Below, piece after piece: positions 19,846-30,115 of a stretch of 64,000 nucleotides of DNA (position 1 is its first letter; each line of letters starts with the position of its first letter). This stretch comes from an uncultured Planctomycetales bacterium. Lineage in GTDB: Bacteria; Omnitrophota; Gorgyraeia; Gygaellales; Profunditerraquicolaceae. Position numbers and translations under genes: made by a program. The stretch lies in the NCBI GenBank assembly GCA_964427405.1, contig CAYRUB010000009.1, positions 5,129 to 69,128 of the forward strand. The letters are read 5' to 3'. The notes below the pieces were generated by a model. That model made no database searches and had not been told where the DNA came from. It was given only the letters and a program-made list of their open reading frames with translations.

Positions 19846-20495
19846 GCGCCAGTAGGGTATTAAAAACTATAAAATTAATCAAAGAGCAGATTAAAGATTA
19901 CATAGTTCCTTCGGTTACCCAGATCTCCGCTAAAGGTGATGCTTATCAGGTTTTAATCTCCTGCATACTTTCCCTGCGCACAAAAGACAAGACTACGATT
20001 GCGGCCAGCCAGAGATTGTTTAAGGTTGCGGATAAGCCCGGGAGTATGCTAAAATTAACTGTTGCCAGGATCCAGAAATTAATTTATCCGGTAGGTTTTT
20101 ATCGCAATAAAAGCAGGGTTATTCTGGGGTTGAGCAGAAAGTTATTAGAAGATTACTCCGGAAAAGTACCAAACTGTCTGGATGCGCTTTTAGATTTAAA
20201 GGGCGTAGGCAGAAAGACGGCAAATCTGGTTTTAGGTTTAGGTTTTGGTGTGCCTGCAATCTGCGTAGATACTCATGTGCATAGGATTTCAAACCGGCTG
20301 GGCTGGGTAAAAACGAGCAGTCCCGCCCAAACAGAGCTCGTTCTGGGGAAAATTATTCCCAGAGGCAAGTGGATTGAGTTGAATACTCTTCTGGTAACTT
20401 TTGGCCAGAATTTATGTTTTCCGGTTTCGCCATTTTGTAGCAAATGTAAAGTTTATAGGTTTTGTAAAAGAAGAGGCGTAGTTAAATCGCGTTAA
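19842..20495 (+). CDS. nth: Endonuclease III
   Basis: HhH-GPD ([13 protein letters not shown]). C-terminal 4Fe-4S cluster C-x6-C-x2-C-x5-C. Confidence 0.85.
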   Translation: MSASRVLKTIKLIKEQIKDYIVPSVTQISAKGDAYQVLISCILSLRTKDKTTIAASQRLFKVADKPGSMLKLTVARIQKLIYPVGFYRNKSRVILGLSRKLLEDYSGKVPNCLDALLDLKGVGRKTANLVLGLGFGVPAICVDTHVHRISNRLGWVKTSSPAQTELVLGKIIPRGKWIELNTLLVTFGQNLCFPVSPFCSKCKVYRFCKRRGVVKSR

Positions 20496-20512
20496 ACAGA
20501 CAAGGAGATAAA

Positions 20513-21886
20513 ATGCCTTTTAATAAGATTATTCTTGCTGAGAAAGATATCCCCAGGCAATGGTATAATTTAGCTGCGGATTTGCCCGGGCCGCTACAAC
20601 CTCCTTTAGGCCCGGATGGCCAGGCGCTTAAACCTGAGATGCTCGCTAAGGTTTTTCCGATGAATATAATTGAGCAGGAGGTTTCAACTAAGCGTTGGAT
20701 AGATATTCCCGAAGAAATATTAGAGATTTTGACTTTGTGGCGGCCTGCTCCGTTACGTCGAGCTCTGGCACTGGAAAAATACTTAAAAACACCGGCGCGT
20801 ATTTATTATAAAGATGAAAGTGTCAGCCCTGCCGGCAGCCATAAGCCGAATACCGCCGTAGCTCAGGCCTGGTATAATAAAAAATTCGGGATTAAGCGCT
20901 TAACTACGGAGACCGGCGCTGGACAGTGGGGTAGCGCTATTGCTTTTGCTTGTAATCTAATCGGCCTTGAATGTAAAGTTTATATGGTGCGCATCAGCTT
21001 TGATCAGAAACCAATGCGTAAGACGATGATGCAGGTTTGGGGGGCAAAGTGCGTGGCCAGTCCCAGCCATGATACGGCTGCCGGACGGGAGATTTTAAGG
21101 AAGATGCCGCATACTCCGGGAAGTTTGGGTATTGCTATCAGTGAGGCGGTAGAGGATGCGCTTTCCGATAAGAGCGGAAATTCGCGCTATTCTTTAGGCA
21201 GTGTTTTAAATCATGTTTTATTACATCAGACGATTATCGGGCTTGAAGCCAAGAAGCAATTAAAAATAGCCGGAGAAAGAGATCCGGATGTGGTTATTGG
21301 TTGCGTGGGAGGAGGAAGTAATTTCGCCGGGATTTCCTTTCCTTTTATCTGCGATAAAATCCACGGTAAAAAGATTGAGATTATTCCGGTTGAGCCTACA
21401 GCTTGTCCGACCTTGACCAAGGGGCCATTTACTTATGATTTCGGGGATACTGCCGGGCTTACTCCGTTGTTGGCCATGTATACTTTAGGGCATGATTTTG
21501 TGCCTGAGCCGATTCATGCCGGAGGCCTGCGTTATCATGGTATGGCGCCTTTAGTCAGTCAGGCAGCAGCGAAAGGCCTGATTAACCCGCGCTCATATGA
21601 CCAGATCAAGTGTTATGAGTCAGCAATGATCTGGGGGAAAACCGAAGGGACGATCTGCGCTCCTGAAACCAGCCATGCGATTGCCTGTGCCATTGATGAG
21701 GCCAAAAAAGCCAAGAAAGAAGGGAAGCAGAAAGTAATCCTATTCTGTTACAGCGGACATGGCCTGATGGATTTAGCTGGGTATGATAAGTTTTTATCCG
21801 GTAAGCTTACAAAATACGCGCTTCCGAAACATAAATTGCGCAAGTCTCTGGAATCTATTAAGGGGTTTCCTAAAATACGATGTTAA
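20513..21886 (+). CDS. TrpB2-type tryptophan synthase beta-like PLP enzyme (stand-alone)
   Basis: GSHKPN PLP-lysine motif and TrpB2-like length (457 aa). No trpA nearby. Confidence 0.8.
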   Translation: MPFNKIILAEKDIPRQWYNLAADLPGPLQPPLGPDGQALKPEMLAKVFPMNIIEQEVSTKRWIDIPEEILEILTLWRPAPLRRALALEKYLKTPARIYYKDESVSPAGSHKPNTAVAQAWYNKKFGIKRLTTETGAGQWGSAIAFACNLIGLECKVYMVRISFDQKPMRKTMMQVWGAKCVASPSHDTAAGREILRKMPHTPGSLGIAISEAVEDALSDKSGNSRYSLGSVLNHVLLHQTIIGLEAKKQLKIAGERDPDVVIGCVGGGSNFAGISFPFICDKIHGKKIEIIPVEPTACPTLTKGPFTYDFGDTAGLTPLLAMYTLGHDFVPEPIHAGGLRYHGMAPLVSQAAAKGLINPRSYDQIKCYESAMIWGKTEGTICAPETSHAIACAIDEAKKAKKEGKQKVILFCYSGHGLMDLAGYDKFLSGKLTKYALPKHKLRKSLESIKGFPKIRC

Positions 21887-22590
21887 GAACTCGTTTAAAT
21901 ATTATTTTAACGGTATTGATCTTTTTAATTTTATTTAATCTTCCGCTGCGGGCAAATGCGGATACCATTTATTTGAAAAACGGCCGCAGTATTGAAGGGT
22001 TGATTAAAAAAGAAAATGCGGATGAAGTTGACCTGGAGATTAGTTTTGGTTCAATGAAATTTTCCAAGAAACAGATTGATCACATAGTCAAGTCTTCTCC
22101 TAAAGAGGCCGAGTTAACCCGGCAGGAATGGGCTGATGAAAAAATAAATGCGCAGGCAAGGGCCAAAGAGGCAGAGTTAATAAGAGAACATGAGCCGAAA
22201 CAGGTAAGCATGGATAAGCAAAGCGGGCACGTAGCGGTGATAACTACGCTGAATAAAAAGGTTAAAGCTAACCTTATTTTGGATACCGGCGCTTCTTTAA
22301 TAATATTGTCAAATAAAATAGCCAAAGATTTGGGGATAGATACTGATGCAAAGAGCGGTAAGCCGATAGAGTTGGTTTTGGCAGATGGCCGTAAAGCAGA
22401 GGCAAGGATGGTAATTTTAGAGAGCGTCAGCGTACAGGATTCCGAAGCTGAGAATATAGAGGCGGCGATCTTGCCTGAAAAAGAGGATGCCGATGTTCCC
22501 GGAGACGGATTGTTGGGTATGTCTTTCCTGAAGAAATTCAATTTTAAGATTGACCAGAAAAACGACACATTAATCTTGGAGAAATTGTAA
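21880..22590 (+). CDS. Secreted retropepsin-like (clan AA) aspartyl protease
   Basis: Signal peptide. LILDTGAS active-site motif. Confidence 0.6.
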   Translation: MLRTRLNIILTVLIFLILFNLPLRANADTIYLKNGRSIEGLIKKENADEVDLEISFGSMKFSKKQIDHIVKSSPKEAELTRQEWADEKINAQARAKEAELIREHEPKQVSMDKQSGHVAVITTLNKKVKANLILDTGASLIILSNKIAKDLGIDTDAKSGKPIELVLADGRKAEARMVILESVSVQDSEAENIEAAILPEKEDADVPGDGLLGMSFLKKFNFKIDQKNDTLILEKL

Positions 22591-23007
22591 ATGAAATCTT
22601 ACACAGATTACCTTTATTTTAATACCGCCGGAAAACAGGAGTTTATCAATATTACGGATCAGGTAGAAGAGTCTTTGCGCAAAAGCGAAATTAAAGAGGG
22701 GCTATGCCTGGTTAACCCCATGCATATTACTGCCAGTGTTTTTATCAATGATGATGAAGGCGGGCTGCATAAAGATTTTTCCATCTGGCTTGAGAAGCTG
22801 GCGCCGTTCGGGAAGGATAAGTATCAGCATAATTTAACCGGCGAAGACAACGGGGATGCGCATTTGAAACGTACGATTATGGGCAGAGAAGTGGTTGTGG
22901 CGGTTACCAAAGGCAAGCTGGATTTTGGGCCGTGGGAGCAGATATTTTATGGGGAGTTTGACGGGCAGCGTAAGAAGAGAGTATTAATAAAGATAATAGG
23001 TGAATAA
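22591..23007 (+). CDS. YjbQ/UPF0047 family (secondary thiamine-phosphate synthase-like)
   Basis: Family-typical length and motifs ([31 protein letters not shown]). Confidence 0.7.
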   Translation: MKSYTDYLYFNTAGKQEFINITDQVEESLRKSEIKEGLCLVNPMHITASVFINDDEGGLHKDFSIWLEKLAPFGKDKYQHNLTGEDNGDAHLKRTIMGREVVVAVTKGKLDFGPWEQIFYGEFDGQRKKRVLIKIIGE

Positions 23008-23012
23008 TTATT

Positions 23013-23173
23013 TTGCGTCTGCCTTGGTTTATTCTTCGTAGGGACGCTCGTTTTGCCCCAGCGTGGCAAAACTACGCTCGGGTCGGCTGGCGTCGCTCCC
23101 CGACAAAAATCATGTCGGGACCATGCCCGCTCCTGGCCTCCACGCCCTGCTCAGAATTAAACCAAGTCATACG
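23013..23173 (+). repeat. Copy R1 of a ~160-bp GC-rich repeat family with imperfect terminal inverted repeats (gccttggttt ... aaaccaagtc) and internal hairpins
   Basis: About 90% identical to 50021-50180 along its whole length. It shares the 5' half and the 3' terminus with 26379-26540. Confidence 0.6.
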
Positions 23174-23189
23174 TTAAATAAGCAGGAGT

Positions 23190-24125
23190 ATGAATATGAA
23201 GATTAAGAATACGGAAATCAAAGTGGTATTGGGGGATATTACGGAGGTAAGGGCGGATGCGATTGTGAATGCTGCCAATAATAAACTTTTAATGGGCGGT
23301 GGCGTTGCCGGGGTGATTAAGAGAAAAGGCGGTAAAGTCATTGAGCAGGAGGCGCTCAAGAAAGGGCCGATAGAGATTGGAGCGGCGGTTGCCACTTCCG
23401 CCGGAGAGCTGGCGGCAAAATATGTAATTCACGCAGCGACAATGGGGATGGATTTTAAGACTGATGAAGTAAAAATCCGTGATGCTGCCAGGAATTCTTT
23501 GAAGTTAGCCGGGGAGTTAAAGATTAATTCTATTGTTTTTCCGGCTTTAGGCTGCGGCACGGGGGGTTTTCCGCTTTTGGCTTCCGCCAAGATCATGGCG
23601 CAGGAGGTGTTGAAACATCTGCGAGAGGAGAATACTTCTTTGGAAGAAATTACCTTCTGCCTTTACGATCAGGAGGCGTTTACGGTTTTTAATAAAGGTG
23701 TCTTAGGCTATTTGGAATATGTGACTACAAAGTTATCCGGCGGTCCATATGTTACGGTGGACGCGATTATTGAATTAGCCGAAGGAATTGTGATTATCAA
23801 GCGCAGTAACCCGCCTTTTGGTTGGGCGTTGCCGGGAGGATTTGTAGATTACGGAGAGAGCCTTGAAGATGCGGTAAAAAGAGAGGCGAAAGAAGAGACG
23901 AATTTGGATCTAACCGAAATAAAACAGTTTCATACTTATTCAAATCCGCAGCGCGATCCCAGATTCCATACTGTCGGAACGGTCTTTATTGCTAAAGCAA
24001 AAGGCAAGCCCAAGGCAGGAGATGATGCCGCAGGTTTAAAGGTTGTAAAACCCGCTGATTTGGGAAAACTGGATTTTGCCTTTGACCATAAGAAAATAAT
24101 TCAGGACTACCTGAATTCGAAATAA
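23190..24125 (+). CDS. Macro domain (ADP-ribose binding/processing) fused to a C-terminal NUDIX hydrolase
   Basis: Macro motifs [22 protein letters not shown] and [12 protein letters not shown]. Nudix box [24 protein letters not shown]. The start codon abuts the end of repeat R1. Confidence 0.75.
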   Translation: MNMKIKNTEIKVVLGDITEVRADAIVNAANNKLLMGGGVAGVIKRKGGKVIEQEALKKGPIEIGAAVATSAGELAAKYVIHAATMGMDFKTDEVKIRDAARNSLKLAGELKINSIVFPALGCGTGGFPLLASAKIMAQEVLKHLREENTSLEEITFCLYDQEAFTVFNKGVLGYLEYVTTKLSGGPYVTVDAIIELAEGIVIIKRSNPPFGWALPGGFVDYGESLEDAVKREAKEETNLDLTEIKQFHTYSNPQRDPRFHTVGTVFIAKAKGKPKAGDDAAGLKVVKPADLGKLDFAFDHKKIIQDYLNSK

Positions 24126-24430
24126 TGCCGGTATATTTTATTGTTGAAATAAAAACCAGGAATAAGAATAAAGACTTTTATGCTGAGTATATAAAGAAGG
24201 TCCGGTCTATAGTTGAGAAATACAATGGCCGGTATTTAGCCAGGGGTGGGAAAATCACTCCTGTTTTCGGCACCTGGAATCCCGAAAGGGTTATTATAAT
24301 TGAATTTCCTTTTGCAAGAGATGTGCGTAGATGGCTTGATTCTGCGGAATATAAGAAAATCGCAAGGTTGAGGGAGAAATCTACGGCTACTAAGGCAATT
24401 ATGGTAGAGGGTTGTGATAGTGATAAGTAA
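24125..24430 (+). CDS. DUF1330-family small protein
   Basis: About 100 aa. The [10 protein letters not shown]-terminus is typical of DUF1330. Confidence 0.5.
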   Translation: MPVYFIVEIKTRNKNKDFYAEYIKKVRSIVEKYNGRYLARGGKITPVFGTWNPERVIIIEFPFARDVRRWLDSAEYKKIARLREKSTATKAIMVEGCDSDK

Positions 24431-24439
24431 TTAGGCGGG

Positions 24440-26320
24440 TTATCCTTCGCGCAACTGTTTCTCGGCATCAACAATATCGCGGTTTATTACGCGGATAGTT
24501 TCTTTTATCTTGTCTTTAAGCAGGTAAGAGGCAATCGGCGCCTGCGAGATCTCCCTTAAAACCTGTACGCTCATCCTGAAATAACGCACTACCTCGCCTT
24601 CATCGCAATCAGTCATCTGTAAGGTTCGATCAAAGTTTGTCCCGCGCAGCCAGGCTTCCATGCTGGAGCACAAATGAAAATAGGGGAGTTTGCTAAAGGG
24701 GTAGATCTTATAGCGGCGTTCTTTATCTTTTATCCTGTCGTAGGTCTCTTCGCAGGTTCTTTTAAGCGTACGGGTGGATTTAGATATTCCCAGGGGCATG
24801 CGTTGATTTTTGCGCGGCTCAAAGACAACCGCGGAAGCTACAACCCCTAATTCAAATTCATCCAGTTGTTCAAGAATATTCTGATCATATAATTCAGCCA
24901 GCACTAATTCGTAACCATAGACGGTCTTGGCGAACTTGCCTTTTTCCGTAAGTTTACTCTCGTGGATATAGCCTAAATCTTTAAGCAGCCTTAGTTTTGC
25001 GTCCAGCAGGTTTAAGGCCTGTTTCTGTTCATTTTTATTCGATTGATAGTAATGCAGGGAGAGGGGGTAGATTTTAAACAAATCTTCCTGGTATTTTTCG
25101 TAAAGGTTAAGGATGGTGGCATACGATGTATTAAGCTGGCTTTTTACTTCTTCGGGTTTGCCGAAGATTATCCTGTTAACTTCTTCAAAATTTATCCTCT
25201 GCGGGTTAACCCGCGTATAAACAAATCCCTCTTTGTCTATACCGCGTCTTCCGGCGCGGCCAGCCATTTGATAAAAATCACGCGTTTTCAAATTACGCAC
25301 GTAAGTGCCATAAAACTTGCGCAGTCCGTCAAACATCACTGAACGGCTGGGCATGTTTATTCCTAAAGCAAAGGTTTCGGTAGTAAATATAACTTTAAGC
25401 AGGCGGCTGGTAAAGAGACGTTCAATTACTTCTTTTAATGTAGGCAACATCCCGGCGTGATGATAAGCAATGCCGCGTTGTACTAAGGGATAGAGGATTT
25501 GCGCTGACTGCTCGTGTTTTAAATTAAAACGTACCAGCAGGTCTTCATACAACTGGGTGATTGCGCGGGTTTCTTTAGCGTCCAGGAATTTAAATCCATA
25601 TAGATCCTGGGCTAATTCCTCTGCGCGTTTTCGGCTAAAGACAAAATATATCGCCGGCAATCCGTCATTTACGCGCAGGTAATCAATCAGTGAATTTAAC
25701 CTGTTGGGTTTACTGGAGCGCAGGCGCTTAAGGCGTTCAATTTTATCCACGACTTCATTTTGACACTGGAAGAGAAAATGCAAAGGTACGGGCCGATTTT
25801 CTTCAATCACTACTTTAATAGTTTTATTATGAATGGATTCAATCCAGCTGGCGAATTGTTTAATATTGGGGATAGTCGCGGAAAGTCCCAAAAGGTTCAT
25901 GTGTTTAGGGAGGAAGATCAAGGATTCCTCCCAGACTGTGCCGCGTTCAGGGTTGTCAATGTAATGGATCTCGTCAAAAATAATCCAGGAATATTTTTCC
26001 AGGGATTTGGGCTCATCCAAGAGTTTGTTGCGGAAAATTTCAGTAGTCATGATTAACACAGGGGCCTGAGGATTAATAGAAACGTCTCCGGTAAGAATTC
26101 CGATATTATCCTGGAATTGGCCTTGGAAGTCGCGGAACTTCTGATTAGACAGGGCTTTAATAGGTGCGGTGTAAATTACCCCTAGATTATTACGGATAGA
26201 GTTGCTGATAATGTATTCAGCGATTGCTGTTTTTCCTGCTCCTGTGGGAGCTGAAACTATTACGGAGTGGCCCTGGTTGATATAGTCAATTGCTTCCTGT
26301 TGAAACCTGTCATAAATCAT
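24440..26320 (-). CDS. Ski2/Mtr4-like DExH-box helicase (HelY-like) with a C-terminal DSHCT-like domain
   Basis: Walker A SAPTGAGKT, DEIH box, SAT, QMAGRAGRRG. C-terminal ...VINRDIV tail. This is the only convincing minus-strand gene in the window. Confidence 0.8.
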   Translation of the reverse strand: MIYDRFQQEAIDYINQGHSVIVSAPTGAGKTAIAEYIISNSIRNNLGVIYTAPIKALSNQKFRDFQGQFQDNIGILTGDVSINPQAPVLIMTTEIFRNKLLDEPKSLEKYSWIIFDEIHYIDNPERGTVWEESLIFLPKHMNLLGLSATIPNIKQFASWIESIHNKTIKVVIEENRPVPLHFLFQCQNEVVDKIERLKRLRSSKPNRLNSLIDYLRVNDGLPAIYFVFSRKRAEELAQDLYGFKFLDAKETRAITQLYEDLLVRFNLKHEQSAQILYPLVQRGIAYHHAGMLPTLKEVIERLFTSRLLKVIFTTETFALGINMPSRSVMFDGLRKFYGTYVRNLKTRDFYQMAGRAGRRGIDKEGFVYTRVNPQRINFEEVNRIIFGKPEEVKSQLNTSYATILNLYEKYQEDLFKIYPLSLHYYQSNKNEQKQALNLLDAKLRLLKDLGYIHESKLTEKGKFAKTVYGYELVLAELYDQNILEQLDEFELGVVASAVVFEPRKNQRMPLGISKSTRTLKRTCEETYDRIKDKERRYKIYPFSKLPYFHLCSSMEAWLRGTNFDRTLQMTDCDEGEVVRYFRMSVQVLREISQAPIASYLLKDKIKETIRVINRDIVDAEKQLREG

Positions 26321-26378
26321 AATTTCTATTATAAGCTAAAATGCCGTAACCGCAATAAATAATCTCAGTATTCATTAG

Positions 26379-26540
26379 CCGTCTGGCTTGGATTGTTTCT
26401 CGCAGGGACGCTCGTTTGCCCCGGCGTGGCAAACATCGCTCGGGTTTCGGCCTCGCTCTGCCAGGCTTCGTATTTAGCCGGGCAACCTTGCCCGCTCGGC
26501 CTGCAAACGCCCTGCTTAGAAACAATCCAAGCCATCCGCT
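26379..26540 (+). repeat. Copy R2 of the ~160-bp repeat family (diverged middle), with terminal inverted repeats cttggattgtttct ... agaaacaatccaag
   Basis: The 5' 50 nt and the 3' 40 nt align with R1 and R3. The body is a long imperfect palindrome. Confidence 0.55.
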
Positions 26541-26649
26541 ACTAATTATTAAGATTTTCGAGTCGAAAGCAAAAGCCGTAAATTTTATGGAGTACTTGAC
26601 AGCGGGTGACTGCCAAGACGAAGCCCTTGCCCGCGCGCAGGAAAACGAG

Positions 26650-26690
26650 CACGGGCGAGGTGGATTGGCAGGCAGGACCGCTAAAATCAT
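26650..26690 (+). repeat. Copy of the short intergenic motif (ggcaggcaggaccgctaaaatca), 35-50 nt upstream of the next gene
   Basis: Aligns with the motif core at 33429-33473. Confidence 0.4.
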
Positions 26691-26723
26691 TGATTTATAC
26701 AATATTAATAATATAATAAAAAT

Positions 26724-27281
26724 ATGGGATATGAGGTGGCGCTTGATAAAGCGTGGGGGGATTTACTTAATCTTAACCCTAATCCTGCCAATAATTTATT
26801 AGTTAGATTCCTGGCGGATGAATATAGCGTAGATATCCGGGAAAGAAAAGTTTTTTCCTCTTCCTGTAATGTTCCGGCAAAGGATTTTGTCAGTATTTTG
26901 CTTTTGCATTATTTGGCGCAAAAATTAAAAGGATTGCCTGTTCCAAGCGGACGATGGCTTACCTTCAGGGAGTTTTCCGGGGTAGAGGGTTATTATGAGG
27001 CTTTTCATAGGCGTTGTATTGAGCCGATAATCCGTAAATATGGCAAGAAGCCGGAAGCCTTAAAAGATATTTTAGGCAGGCTGCCGGCAAAGCTGTCGGA
27101 CGGCGCAGATGTCAGCTTGGTTATTGAGGCTTTTATAGATGTACCGGTGCTGATCAAATTGTGGAAGCAGGACGCCGAGTTTGAACCTGAGGCAAACATG
27201 TATTTTGATTCAAGCATAAAGAATGTTTTCTGTACCGAAGATATAGTGGTATTAGCCCAGATGGTTGCTTCTCAGCTATGA
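26724..27281 (+). CDS. Hypothetical protein (possibly DUF3786-like)
   Basis: ORF with fair coding look. Family assignment from memory only. Confidence 0.3.
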   Translation: MGYEVALDKAWGDLLNLNPNPANNLLVRFLADEYSVDIRERKVFSSSCNVPAKDFVSILLLHYLAQKLKGLPVPSGRWLTFREFSGVEGYYEAFHRRCIEPIIRKYGKKPEALKDILGRLPAKLSDGADVSLVIEAFIDVPVLIKLWKQDAEFEPEANMYFDSSIKNVFCTEDIVVLAQMVASQL

Positions 27282-27859
27282 GAAAAACTAAAACCTTTCA
27301 GAAAAAATTAATTTTTTCCTTGGTTCTAGGGTTATTGGTTTTAGCAGGATATTTTTTTGGTGATAATTTAAGGCCGCGTTTTAATCCTAGGGAAGGTTTT
27401 AGCCGGAGTGTTCCTGTTGACAATAATTATGACTATAATAATATTCTGGTGACAAGAGTGGTTGATGGGGATACGTTAAAATTGGAAAACGGAGAATACC
27501 TGCGTTTGCTGGGTATTGATACTCCGGAGATACATGAGTCAGCTAAGCTTCATCGTGATGCCCAGCGCTCCGGCCAGAGCGTTGAGGCAATTAAACAATC
27601 GGGCAGGCAGTCTTATGAATTTACTAAGCAGATGGTCGAAAAAAAACGCGTTAGGCTGGAGTTTGATAAAGAAAGGCATGACCGATATCATAGGGTTTTA
27701 GCCTATGTTTATTTACCCGATGGAATATTTTTAAATGCTATAATTGTTGAAGAGGGCTATGCGTCGTTGATGACTTATCCGCCAAATGTGAAATACGCGG
27801 ATTTATTTTTAAAATTATACCAGCAGGCGCGCGAAAGTAAGCGCGGGCTCTGGAGATAG
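27278..27859 (+). CDS. Thermonuclease (SNase/micrococcal-nuclease-like), membrane-anchored or secreted
   Basis: VVDGDT and LLGIDTPE motifs. N-terminal TM helix. Confidence 0.7.
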   Translation: MRKTKTFQKKLIFSLVLGLLVLAGYFFGDNLRPRFNPREGFSRSVPVDNNYDYNNILVTRVVDGDTLKLENGEYLRLLGIDTPEIHESAKLHRDAQRSGQSVEAIKQSGRQSYEFTKQMVEKKRVRLEFDKERHDRYHRVLAYVYLPDGIFLNAIIVEEGYASLMTYPPNVKYADLFLKLYQQARESKRGLWR

Positions 27860-27872
27860 CAGGAGGAATACT

Positions 27873-28919
27873 ATGTTAAGATATTTAACCGCAGGTGAAT
27901 CGCATGGAAAGGCAATTGTGGCTATTCTGGAGGGTTTTCCCGCCGGCCTTAGGGTGGATGTAAACAGGATAAACAAAGAGTTAAAACGCAGGCAGTCCGG
28001 GTTTGGACGGGGCAGGCGGATGCAAATAGAAAATGACCGGGTAGAGGTAACCTCCGGTTTAAAGAATAACTTTACTATTGGCAGCCCGATTACGCTATTG
28101 ATAAAAAATAAAGACGCAAGTATTGAAAGCCTGCATAAGGTTATGGCTGCCCGGCCTGGCCATGCGGATTTAGCCGGCCTGCTGAAATATGGTTTTACGG
28201 ATATACGGGAGGTTTTGGAGCGTGCATCAGCGCGCAGCACAGCGGCTACAGTCAGCTTAGGCGCTCTATGTAAGGAGCTTTTGAATGAATTCGGTATAAC
28301 TATTACCAGCAGGGTTTTATCAGTAGGAGGCGAGTCTACTGTTCAGGGGATAACTGCGAAGATAGCCGAGGCGATTAAACAAAAGGATACGGTAGGAGGG
28401 GTTTTTGAGGTGGTTGCCAAGAAAGTCCCCGTGGGCCTGGGTAGTTATGTGCAGGCTGACCGCAGGTTGGACAGCCGTTTGGCCGGCGCTATTATATCTA
28501 TTCCGGGAATTAAGTCCTTTGAGATTGGGCTGGGTTTAGGTTATGCGGTTAGTTTTGGTTCCGAGGTGCACGATGCGATTTATTACAATAAAGATAAAGG
28601 GTATTGCCGGCGGAGTAATAATGCCGGCGGCATTGAGGGCGGGATATCTAACGGACAGGAGATTATTTTACGCGCCTGCATGAAACCGATCGCCACATTA
28701 ATGAATCCGCTTGATTCGGTAAATATCCACACCAAAAAACCCGCTAAGGCCGCGATTGAGCGTTCGGATGTGTGTGTGGTAGAATCTGCCGGCGTAGTGG
28801 CTGAGTCAGCATGTGCGCTTGTCTTAGCTGATGCATTTCTTGAAAAATTCGGGTCGGATTCCTTAAGCGATATCAAGAAAACTTACGCTAATTACAGGGA
28901 CAGGATAGCTCATGCCTAA
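27873..28919 (+). CDS. aroC: Chorismate synthase
   Basis: MLRYLTAGESHG N-terminus and conserved AroC blocks. Confidence 0.9.
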   Translation: MLRYLTAGESHGKAIVAILEGFPAGLRVDVNRINKELKRRQSGFGRGRRMQIENDRVEVTSGLKNNFTIGSPITLLIKNKDASIESLHKVMAARPGHADLAGLLKYGFTDIREVLERASARSTAATVSLGALCKELLNEFGITITSRVLSVGGESTVQGITAKIAEAIKQKDTVGGVFEVVAKKVPVGLGSYVQADRRLDSRLAGAIISIPGIKSFEIGLGLGYAVSFGSEVHDAIYYNKDKGYCRRSNNAGGIEGGISNGQEIILRACMKPIATLMNPLDSVNIHTKKPAKAAIERSDVCVVESAGVVAESACALVLADAFLEKFGSDSLSDIKKTYANYRDRIAHA

Positions 28920-29199
28920 TTTTAATTATTATCACATAGAGATTAAAAAATCCGAGAATACCAAAGAAGTAGTTGTAAAGGGTGAAGTTATTAATAATAC
29001 TGAAAAGTCTTATTCTACCGTGGCAGTGCGTATTATACTTTATATGAAAAGCATTTCAGTAGCTAATGTGGTATTTACTATCAACGGCCTTTCTGCCGGT
29101 TCTGTTAAAGCATTTGAGAAGACAATTGAAGAGCTGGATTATACGGAGGTAGGCAAGAGCATTAACCGTTACGATATCTATACTGAGACAGCATTTTGA
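28912..29199 (+). CDS. Hypothetical protein
   Basis: 95-aa ORF overlapping the aroC stop by 8 nt. No domain recognised. Confidence 0.4.
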   Translation: MPNFNYYHIEIKKSENTKEVVVKGEVINNTEKSYSTVAVRIILYMKSISVANVVFTINGLSAGSVKAFEKTIEELDYTEVGKSINRYDIYTETAF

Positions 29200-29231
29200 T
29201 TTTTTAAGAAAAATATAGAGTTAGATAATTT

Positions 29232-29264
29232 CACTCCTTTCGTCTATTGCCGCAGAAAGGGGTG
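29232..29264 (+). promoter_or_regulatory. Hairpin cactccttt-N15-aaaggggtg. Its 3' arm contains the spoVG Shine-Dalgarno sequence.
   Basis: 9-bp stem (one G-U pair) read directly. AAAGGGG lies 7 nt before the ATG at 29271. Confidence 0.3.
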
Positions 29265-29270
29265 ATTAAG

Positions 29271-29522
29271 ATGGAGAATGTAATAAGCGTCAGCCGTGTC
29301 TGTAAGTTAGACAGCGATTCAAAACTTAAGGCCTTTGTTGATGTTTCAATCTCGGGGATTGTAGTTAAGGGCTTTAGCGTAGTAAACGGCAGCAAGGGTT
29401 TATTTGTGAGTATGCCGCGCCATCAAGGTAAAGATGGAAAATGGTATAACACAGTTTATCCTGCTACTAAGGAATTGAAGCAGCAGTTAAGCGAAGCGGT
29501 ATTAGAAGCATACAATAGCTAG
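29271..29522 (+). CDS. spoVG: SpoVG
   Basis: Matches the SpoVG pattern (kafvdvsisgivvkgfsvvngskglfvsmp ... avleay). The six-frame ORF begins at 29247 with a TTG; the ATG at 29271 with an RBS is preferred. Confidence 0.8.
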   Translation: MENVISVSRVCKLDSDSKLKAFVDVSISGIVVKGFSVVNGSKGLFVSMPRHQGKDGKWYNTVYPATKELKQQLSEAVLEAYNS

Positions 29523-29530
29523 TTAACTAA

Positions 29531-29602
29531 GGGACGGTTCTTAAGTCAAAGCAAAAGTGTCCCCAGTGGGGGACAGTTTAGCTTTAGTTTTAGAACCGTC
29601 CC
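29531..29602 (+). terminator. Nested hairpin between spoVG and aroK. Outer stem gggacggttcttaag / tttagaaccgtccc. Inner stem gtcccc-agtg-ggggac.
   Basis: Inverted repeats read directly. A-rich tail and then the aroK start 10 nt downstream. Confidence 0.4.
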
Positions 29603-29611
29603 GACATAAAA

Positions 29612-30115
29612 ATGAATGTTTATTTAGTAGGATTTATGGGTACTGGAAAATCCTCTGTCGGCTGCCAGTTGGCTAAAGAGAGAGGATGTAATTTTGTTGA
29701 TTTGGATGAATTGATCGAATTGAAGGAGCAGCGCAGGATTGTGGATATTTTTGCCAAAGACGGTGAGGCGTATTTCCGTAAAATTGAGAAGAAGATCTTA
29801 AAACAGGTCTCTACGCAAAAGAAATTTGTGGTTGCCTGCGGCGGTGGGGTGGTTTTAGATAAAAGCAATATCAAACTGATGAAGAAAACCGGAATGATGA
29901 TTTGCCTTTATGCCAGCCCCGAAGAAATACTAAAGAGGGTTTCCACAAATAACGGCCGGCCGCTTTTAAATGTAGGCAAGCCGCAGAAACGCATAGAGCT
30001 TTTATTGAAAATGCGCGCGCCTTATTATATGCAAGCCGATAAAATAATTGATACATCGCATTTTTCGATTAAGCAGGTGGTTAAGAAAATATCTAAAATA
30101 CTTGCCGAAAAGTAA
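29612..30115 (+). CDS. aroK: Shikimate kinase
   Basis: Walker A GFMGTGKSSVG. Size 167 aa. Confidence 0.85.
   Translation: MNVYLVGFMGTGKSSVGCQLAKERGCNFVDLDELIELKEQRRIVDIFAKDGEAYFRKIEKKILKQVSTQKKFVVACGGGVVLDKSNIKLMKKTGMMICLYASPEEILKRVSTNNGRPLLNVGKPQKRIELLLKMRAPYYMQADKIIDTSHFSIKQVVKKISKILAEK

Noticed and set aside
26310-26802. ORFs 26310..26702(-), 26416..26802(+), 50074..50370(-) and 23174..23395(-) across the repeat elements
   Set aside because: They span the GC-rich palindromic repeats. Their translations are Arg/Ala/Pro-rich nonsense typical of GC-rich non-coding DNA, and they cross repeat boundaries.
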